Shown: positions 7,885-13,982 of the stretch, piece by piece
Layout of the letters: each line of letters begins with the position of its first letter
How positions within the stretch are numbered: position 1 is the stretch's first letter
The notes under the pieces: generated by a model
Told to the model about the DNA's origin: nothing
Databases searched by the model: none
What the model saw: only the letters and a program-made list of their open reading frames with translations
NCBI GenBank assembly: GCA_965644315.1
Contig: CBFFRQ010000204.1
Span: 1-13,982, forward strand
Source: Caecitellus pseudoparvulus
Lineage: Eukaryota; Protista; Bigyra: Bicosoecida
Length of the DNA stretch: 13,982 nt
Reading direction: 5' to 3'
Program-made: the position numbers and the translations under genes

Positions 7885-10800
7885 ATGAAGTTGTTCAATG
7901 CCAAGGTCCCCAATTCCACGGGTTTGAATCTGCGCACTGCTCAACGACCACCAGCATGGCGTTTCGGTATCGCTCTGTTGGCTCTGCTGATAGGTGGTGC
8001 GCATGCCTTCAGTAGCAACAGCACCCTCCGTGGGCTGAAGCGACGTGAGGTGCTCGTCCCTCTTGGCAGGCTGCTGACTGCGGGCCTTGCTCCAATGGCC
8101 AATTTCTCGGTTGGCGGCTCCCACACCTGTGTTGTGCTGACTAGTGGTGACGTGATGTGCTGGGGGGATGGAGGGAGTGGCAGACTTGGGTACGGCAACA
8201 TTGACAACATCGGTGACGATGCGCTCCCGTACACAGCAGGCACTGTGAATCTGGGCACGGGTGTGACCGCTGCACAGGTGTCGGGTGGTAGCACCCACAC
8301 CTGTGTTGTGCTGACTAGTGGTGACGTGATGTGCTGGGGGGATGGAAGGAGTGGCAGACTTGGGAACGGCAACACTGACAACATCGGTGACAATGAGCTC
8401 CCGTACACAGCAGGCACCGTGAATCTGGGCACGGGTGTGACCGCTGCACAGGTGTCGGCTGGTAGCACCCACACCTGTGTTGTGCTGACTAGTGGTGACG
8501 TGATGTGCTGGGGGTATGGAAGGAGTGGCAGACTTGGGAACGGCAACACTGACAACATCGGTGACAATGAGCTCCCGTACACAGCAGGCACCGTGAATCT
8601 GGGCACGGGTGTGACCGCTGCACAGGTGTCGGGTGGTAGCACCCACACCTGTGTTGTGCTGACTAGTGGTGACGTGATGTGCTGGGGGTATGGATGGAGT
8701 GGCAGACTTGGGTACGGCAACACTGACAACATTGGTGACAATGAGCTCCCGTACACAGCAGGCACCGTGAATCTGGGCACGGGTGTGACCGCTGCACAGG
8801 TGTCGGCTGGTAGCACCCACACCTGTGTTGTGCTGACTAGTGGTGACGTGATGTGCTGGGGGTATGGATGGAGTGGCAGACTTGGGTACGGCAACACTGA
8901 CAACATTGGTGACAATGAGCTCCCGTACACAGCAGGCACTGTGAATCTGGGCACGGGTGTGACCGCTGCACACGTCTCGGCTGGCGACTCCCACACGTGT
9001 GTTGTGCTGACCAGTGGTGGCGTGATGTGCTGGGGGGATGGAGGGAGTGGCAGACTTGGGTACGGCAACACTGACAACATCGGTGACGATGAGCTCCCGT
9101 ACACAGCAGGCACTGTGAATCTGGGCACGGGTGTGACCGCTGCACAGGTGTCGGCTGGTAGCACCCACACCTGTGTTGTGCTGACTAGTGGTGACGTGAT
9201 GTGCTGGGGGTATGGATGGAGTGGCAGACTTGGGTACGGCAACACAAACGACATCGGTGACGATGCGCTCCCGTACACAGCAGGCACCGTGAATCTGGGC
9301 ACGGGTGTGACCGCTGCACAGGTGTCGGGTGGTAGCACCCACACCTGTGTTGTGCTGACTAGTGGTGACGTGATGTGCTGGGGGGATGGAAGGAGTGGCA
9401 GACTTGGGAACGGCAACACTGACAACATCGGTGACAATGAGCTCCCGTACACAGCAGGCACCGTGAATCTGGGCACGGGTGTGACCGCTGCACAGGTGTC
9501 GGCTGGTAGCACCCACACCTGTGTTGTGCTGACTAGTGGTGACGTGATGTGCTGGGGGTATGGAAGGAGTGGCAGACTTGGGAACGGCAACACTGACAAC
9601 ATCGGTGACAATGAGCTCCCGTACACAGCAGGCACCGTGAATCTGGGCACGGGTGTGACCGCTGCACAGGTGTCGGGTGGTAGCACCCACACCTGTGTTG
9701 TGCTGACTAGTGGTGACGTGATGTGCTGGGGGTATGGATGGAGTGGCAGACTTGGGTACGGCAACACTGACAACATTGGTGACAATGAGCTCCCGTACAC
9801 AGCAGGCACCGTGAATCTGGGCACGGGTGTGACCGCTGCACAGGTGTCGGCTGGTAGCACCCACACCTGTGTTGTGCTGACTAGTGGTGACGTGATGTGC
9901 TGGGGGTATGGATGGAGTGGCAGACTTGGGTACGGCAACACTGACAACATTGGTGACAATGAGCTCCCGTACACAGCAGGCACTGTGAATCTGGGCACGG
10001 GTGTGACCGCTGCACACGTCTCGGCTGGCGACTCCCACACGTGTGTTGTGCTGACCAGTGGTGGCGTGATGTGCTGGGGGGATGGAGGGAGTGGCAGACT
10101 TGGGTACGGCAACACTGACAACATCGGTGACGATGAGCTCCCGTACACAGCAGGCACTGTGAATCTGGGCACGGGTGTGACCGCTGCACAGGTGTCGGCT
10201 GGTAGCACCCACACCTGTGTTGTGCTGACTAGTGGTGACGTGATGTGCTGGGGGTATGGATGGAGTGGCAGACTTGGGTACGGCAACACAAACGACATCG
10301 GTGACAATGAGCACCCAGTTACTGCTGGAGCTGTGTCTGTCGCAGCCCCTTCAGCAGCTCCAACTACGAGCAGCTCACCTTCGTCGTCGCCCACCCAGTC
10401 CCCTTCACATTCGCCAACGTCGTCTCCGACTGCATCGTCTTCGGCATCACCAACACCCACGGCAACACCATCAGTGTCGGGCACACCATCACAAACGGCC
10501 TCTTCCACTGCCACGAGCACACCCTCCACAACAGGCACGCCTACCGTGACGTCAACGCCCACTCCAACCTCAACGCCGTCTCCATCAGTATCGGGCACAC
10601 CGTCACAAACGGCCTCTTCCACTGCCACGAGCACACCCTCCACAACAGGCACGCCTACCGTGACGTCAACGCCCACTCCAACCTCAACGCCGTCTCCATC
10701 AGTATCGGGCACACCGTCACAAACGGCCTCTTCCACTGCCACGAGCACACCCTCCACAACAGGCACGCCTACCGTGACGTCAACGCCCACTCCAACCTCA

Positions 10801-11142
10801 ACGCCGTCTCCATCAGTATCGTGCACACCGTCACAAACGGCCTCTTCCACTGCCTCCACAACAGGCACGCCTACTGTGACGTCAACGCCCACTCCAACCT
10901 CAACGCCGTCTCCATCAGTGTCGGGCACACCCTCTGCATCTTCGGCAGCGCGGCTTGCCGACTCAGCGCAGGGCTCAGTCACGGGCAATGACGGAACACA
11001 GAGCTCGAATGCGTACCTGGGTGCCGGTATTGCGGTCATTGTTGGCCTTTTCCTTTGTGTTTGTGCGTTCGTTCTATACCGACGACGCAAACAAGGCAGC
11101 CGCAAACAAGCACGTCACATCGAAAAGGAGCAACCTGTGTGA
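7885..11142 (+). CDS. Type-I membrane protein with extracellular RCC1/BLIP-II beta-propeller repeats and a Ser/Thr/Pro mucin-like stalk
   Basis: 1085 aa. Hydrophobic signal FGIALLALLIGGAHA with an A-x-A cleavage site; 13 repeats of 58 aa carrying the RCC1 signature VSAGxxHTC..L.SG.V.CWG.G.SGRLG; S/T/P stalk; TM segment AYLGAGIAVIVGLFLCVCAFVLY (11011..11079) followed by stop-transfer RRRK; 20-aa cytoplasmic tail. Confidence 0.93.
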   Translation: MKLFNAKVPNSTGLNLRTAQRPPAWRFGIALLALLIGGAHAFSSNSTLRGLKRREVLVPLGRLLTAGLAPMANFSVGGSHTCVVLTSGDVMCWGDGGSGRLGYGNIDNIGDDALPYTAGTVNLGTGVTAAQVSGGSTHTCVVLTSGDVMCWGDGRSGRLGNGNTDNIGDNELPYTAGTVNLGTGVTAAQVSAGSTHTCVVLTSGDVMCWGYGRSGRLGNGNTDNIGDNELPYTAGTVNLGTGVTAAQVSGGSTHTCVVLTSGDVMCWGYGWSGRLGYGNTDNIGDNELPYTAGTVNLGTGVTAAQVSAGSTHTCVVLTSGDVMCWGYGWSGRLGYGNTDNIGDNELPYTAGTVNLGTGVTAAHVSAGDSHTCVVLTSGGVMCWGDGGSGRLGYGNTDNIGDDELPYTAGTVNLGTGVTAAQVSAGSTHTCVVLTSGDVMCWGYGWSGRLGYGNTNDIGDDALPYTAGTVNLGTGVTAAQVSGGSTHTCVVLTSGDVMCWGDGRSGRLGNGNTDNIGDNELPYTAGTVNLGTGVTAAQVSAGSTHTCVVLTSGDVMCWGYGRSGRLGNGNTDNIGDNELPYTAGTVNLGTGVTAAQVSGGSTHTCVVLTSGDVMCWGYGWSGRLGYGNTDNIGDNELPYTAGTVNLGTGVTAAQVSAGSTHTCVVLTSGDVMCWGYGWSGRLGYGNTDNIGDNELPYTAGTVNLGTGVTAAHVSAGDSHTCVVLTSGGVMCWGDGGSGRLGYGNTDNIGDDELPYTAGTVNLGTGVTAAQVSAGSTHTCVVLTSGDVMCWGYGWSGRLGYGNTNDIGDNEHPVTAGAVSVAAPSAAPTTSSSPSSSPTQSPSHSPTSSPTASSSASPTPTATPSVSGTPSQTASSTATSTPSTTGTPTVTSTPTPTSTPSPSVSGTPSQTASSTATSTPSTTGTPTVTSTPTPTSTPSPSVSGTPSQTASSTATSTPSTTGTPTVTSTPTPTSTPSPSVSCTPSQTASSTASTTGTPTVTSTPTPTSTPSPSVSGTPSASSAARLADSAQGSVTGNDGTQSSNAYLGAGIAVIVGLFLCVCAFVLYRRRKQGSRKQARHIEKEQPV
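8122..10310 (+). repeat. Coding tandem array of 174-bp units, 13 copies (last one diverges at its 3' end)
   Basis: The HTC codon block starts at 8122, 8296, 8470, 8644, 8818, 8992, 9166, 9340, 9514, 9688, 9862, 10036 and 10210: an exact 174-bp period with no indels. Confidence 0.98.
8207..10305 (+). repeat. Higher-order 1044-bp (6-unit) tandem duplication
   Basis: Units 8-12 are identical to units 2-6. Segments 8207..9250 and 9251..10294 differ at only one position I could see (8244 T vs 9288 C, synonymous). Confidence 0.93.
10468..10931 (+). repeat. Coding tandem repeat, 114-bp (38-aa) Ser/Thr/Pro unit, about 4 copies
   Basis: The TCG(G/T)GCACACC anchor occurs at 10477, 10591, 10705, 10819 and 10921 (spacing 114, 114, 114, 102). 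The fourth unit has a 12-bp in-frame deletion and a GGC>TGC change. Confidence 0.95.
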
Positions 11143-11435
11143 GGCTTTACACCCCCCGTGCCAGCCCAAGAAAAGAAATAATTCAATGCTGGTCACATGT
11201 TTTCCACCACATCCACTCCATACCTGCTCCTCTTCCGGTCCACCTTGCCCAGGAGCGAGGTGGCTCGGCATGGTCCGTGCGGCAGGCGTGGCGGCTGTGT
11301 AGCGGGCTCGCCGCGCGAGGTGTGCAGCGGGCTGCCCGCGTTCCACGCCTGCGCCATGAAGTTGAGCTTCGACCACATGATCAAACACGGCCCCACAGTA
11401 CGGAATGCTCGTTTTCAGGACTTGCATCCATCTGG

Positions 11436-11573
11436 GAGGTGCGGCAACCACCTCGTGGGGCCAGTAGAAATTTTTGCCGTCTGCGGCACCCCCAGAATTC
11501 GGGAGCAACTTTTGCCGCAGGGGCCCGTAAATGCACTAAGTGCTTCAGCGGCATTCACTGGGCCCTGGGGCAG
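11436..11573. repeat. Cluster of inverted repeats / hairpins
   Basis: GAGGTG/CACCTC (11436..11454), TGCCG/CGGCA (11475..11488), and 22-bp arms 11513..11534 / 11551..11572 (18/22 match). Confidence 0.6.
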
Positions 11574-12600
11574 CATGTGGCGGTGTTTCAGACAGACACT
11601 GTTCTCATGTGCATTTCGTTTCAGGTCATTCAAAGCTGGACAAGCAGTGTCGCCAGCATGTTGAACACTGCGGTTGACATAAGCAAATCGACCCCCAGTC
11701 TTGGGCAGCATCCGTGAAGGTCAGATGTCTTGCTTCATGCTCACTCCGCCACACAGCTTGCCAGGCTTGGCCTTCGTTGCAAGACAGGTGTGAGCCTTGC
11801 CTTTGCAGATCATGGCCGTGCCGTCATTGGATGCCATTGAACAAACAAATCTGGAGGTAACCCAATACTGCCAAGCATATCATGGTGTGCTGTGCAGTCC
11901 CTGTACCTGGGCAGCCATGCCATCGTGGACAGCTCCTTGCTTTGGTTTGCGCTGCCGTGGGCAGAGCCAGTCCAACACGTTCTGCAGCCTGGCAGCAAAA
12001 GGGGCAGGATTGGGAGCCCTGAGTGGCCACCAATGAAATCTCTCGTCCATATGTCAAAATGAAAGAATTCGCCTTGCCGCTGTAATCCAGCGGCAGGACG
12101 CCCGGGGGCAGTGCAGAGCAGGCAGGTGAGCTGCGGAAATCGGATGTAGGTGCAGTGTCTTGCACGGGAGATATTTGTGAGCCTGACGCGCGGTGGGGCC
12201 GGCTGTCGTGATTGACACGTCAATGCTTTAGAAACACTGTTACATGTGAAGTGTGAAGGCTGGCGTCCCACCCTGACCCCGCTGCTGCCTGTGAAGCTCG
12301 CCGCTGCTGTTGTCTTGGACTACTCGCGGTGCGAACTGGTCGCTGACCAAGCTGCTGGCGGTGGAGGAGGGGCCCGATGCTGAATGACCATGGCATGAGT
12401 TGCACTGATGTCGGGTTTCACCCCCTCTTTACTTGACGGCATGGACGAGGGAGTGCTTTGTGAGAGGTGTTGGTGTTGCTGCCGCTTCGTGCGCCTGGGA
12501 GCGTTCTGCCACTGCCACTGACGGCAGCTGCGCCGCTCAGCGCAGGGTGGCGCGCCTCCCACAGGCGCTGCACAAGGGTGCATGCGTAGCATGACGTATC

Positions 12601-13982
12601 CTTCAGCATGCTCGCGGCAGTTTTCCACGCCCATCCCACGATGCCACAGCCTGCGCCGCCACGCCCTCAGCACCAGCTGCATCCGCTCCCAGCAACTCCC
12701 CCTCTGCGACGCCATCAGTGACAGCAACTCCCAGCGCGACTCCGTCTTCAAGGCCGCCCGAGTGGCTGTCCTCGACTGTGCAGCAGGAAGTGGCCTTGGA
12801 TGGGGGCACCATCGAGGCAGCACTGCACGATCCAGCGGTGCTGTTGGTCGGTGCTCAGACAGGGACCAGTGTTGGCGCTCACCTGTCGCTATCTGATGCA
12901 GCTGACGTCGGACCTGCTGAAAATCTGGTTGTTTTGAGCGTGTCGTGCATCGATGCGAGACTGGATGGTTGGGGTCCTTGTCTGCACTCAACTGACTGGT
13001 GAGGGTGACTCGAACCTTGACGTCAACGTTTCCACGCTTGGAAGTATCTCTTTCCTTGCAGCTTGGGTCTGCTGTAGTTGATGGGCTGCCACGACTCCCC
13101 AGCGCGTACTTGAAGTCGACTGGGAACTCGGGAGCATTTGACCTTCTGGTTCACGTCCGTGGCGTCGCCGGCTTGAATGCGACTCCAGTCTTACCCGAGA
13201 AAGTGGTGGACTTGGCTCAAAGCTCAGCGCCACTGCCTTCCATCGCCCCTTCTAGATCGCCCCTTGTCCGCCGGTCAAGCAGCAGGACTCCAGCGCCAAC
13301 GGCATCCAGCAGTGCATCCGCCCAACCAACCAAGTCACCCGGCGCCTCCTCCTCTTCCACCGCCGGTGTCACTCCCCAACCCTTGCCGTTCCTCACTGCA
13401 TTCCCTGTGGAAGTGGCCGCTGCTTTCGAGCTCAACGGCCAGTCTGACACAAAGTCTCAAGCTGGCATTGTGTCCAGTGCCGAGCATGTGCACTGGGACG
13501 CCCGGGTCTCCTTTCGGGGCCAGCAACAGGGCTGGCTGACCCTGTCTGCATCCCAGAAGGCGCGACCCCCCGCAAACCAAGGCCAACAAGGAGTCATCTT
13601 GACCATGAGATCTGCGAACCTTCCTCCTGGCCTGCACCGTGCCACTGGCACCTTCCAGGCAAACTCGACGGCTTCAATCGAAGCGGCCGGCGGGGCAAAT
13701 GGGCGACTTCGGGTGGCCGACCTTTGCCTGTCATTGTGCAGGTTTCATTGCGGGTCATCGCGCCGATCTCGGACATGCGGCCTCGTGTCCTGGAGAGCAA
13801 CGTCATCCCAGGCGGCAACAGCACCCAGTAGCTGCTTCTGCGAAACGTTGGGTCTGGCACCCTGACCTGGAGACTTGACCATGCGGACGCTAGCTTGGCA
13901 CCATGGCTCGCAGTGTGTACCCCAGCAGGTTTGTGTGGCCACGCGGGAAGCGCTGACTCCAGCATTACTTCAGTGCTTGCCG
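12601..13982 (+). pseudogene. Disrupted gene for a Ser/Thr/Pro-linker protein with BACON-like Ig-fold domains (5' start not located; runs off the window)
   Basis: Three protein-like segments in different frames: 12601..12999 (ATPSAPAASAPSNSPSATPSVTATPS...STDW); 12999..~13720 (VRVTRTL...HWDARVSFRGQQQGWLTLS...LTMRSANLPPGLHRATGTF); ~13725..end (VIVQVSLRV...NSTQ*LLLRNVGSGTLTWRLDHADASLAPWLAV). Frame changes near 12999 and ~13720, and an in-frame TAG at 13829..13831. Confidence 0.65.

Noticed and set aside
6459-7888. Several 60-175-aa ORFs on both strands
   Set aside because: No motifs, mutually overlapping, and expected by chance in GC-rich DNA; treated as intergenic.
8122-10310. CRISPR array or diversity-generating retroelement (several variants involve A: AAC/TAC/GAC, AGG/GGG/TGG)
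   Set aside because: There are no unique spacers and the array is in-frame coding sequence. No reverse transcriptase or separate template repeat is in the window, and C/T and G/C variants also occur.
7846-11105. Two very long minus-strand ORFs (822 aa and 1054 aa)
   Set aside because: They are antisense shadows of the tandem arrays: a single stop-free 174-bp or 114-bp unit stays open when repeated, and the translations have no recognisable motifs.
7885-11142. Naming the gene UVR8, RCC1 or HERC
   Set aside because: No GWRHT motifs and no HECT domain; the signal peptide plus TM topology is incompatible with those intracellular proteins.
13003-13020. GGTTCGAGTC on the minus strand resembling a tRNA T-loop / B-box
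   Set aside because: No T-stem pairing or cloverleaf, and it lies within coding-like sequence.
12999-13061. 63-nt GT-AG intron as the explanation for the frame change at 12999
   Set aside because: Its length is a multiple of three, so splicing keeps the upstream frame and hits TAG four codons later. A 1-bp deletion fits better.

Overview
GC-rich, apparently eukaryotic (protist-like, inferred) DNA with three main parts. (1) A ~5.4-kb DNA transposon (719..6167) bounded by 25-bp inverted repeats (24/25 identical) plus a 13-bp perfect subterminal inverted repeat. It encodes an uninterrupted >1200-aa DDE transposase with a Cys/His zinc finger, a DxxH motif and a C-terminal homeodomain-like helix-turn-helix; the motifs best fit the Dada (DUF6729-type) branch of the MULE/hAT/P/Kolobok/IS256 group. 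(2) An intronless type-I surface protein gene (7885..11142): signal peptide, 13 near-identical 174-bp RCC1/BLIP-II repeats, a Ser/Thr/Pro stalk made of 114-bp repeats, one TM helix and a short basic tail. The array is a 7-unit propeller plus a recent 6-unit (1044-bp) duplication, and variation between units is concentrated in a few loop codons that are reshuffled between units. (3) A disrupted gene (about 12601 to the window end) for another Ser/Thr/Pro-rich protein with BACON-like domains. No rRNA, tRNA or CRISPR array was recognised. All family assignments come from motif recognition by eye, not from database searches.
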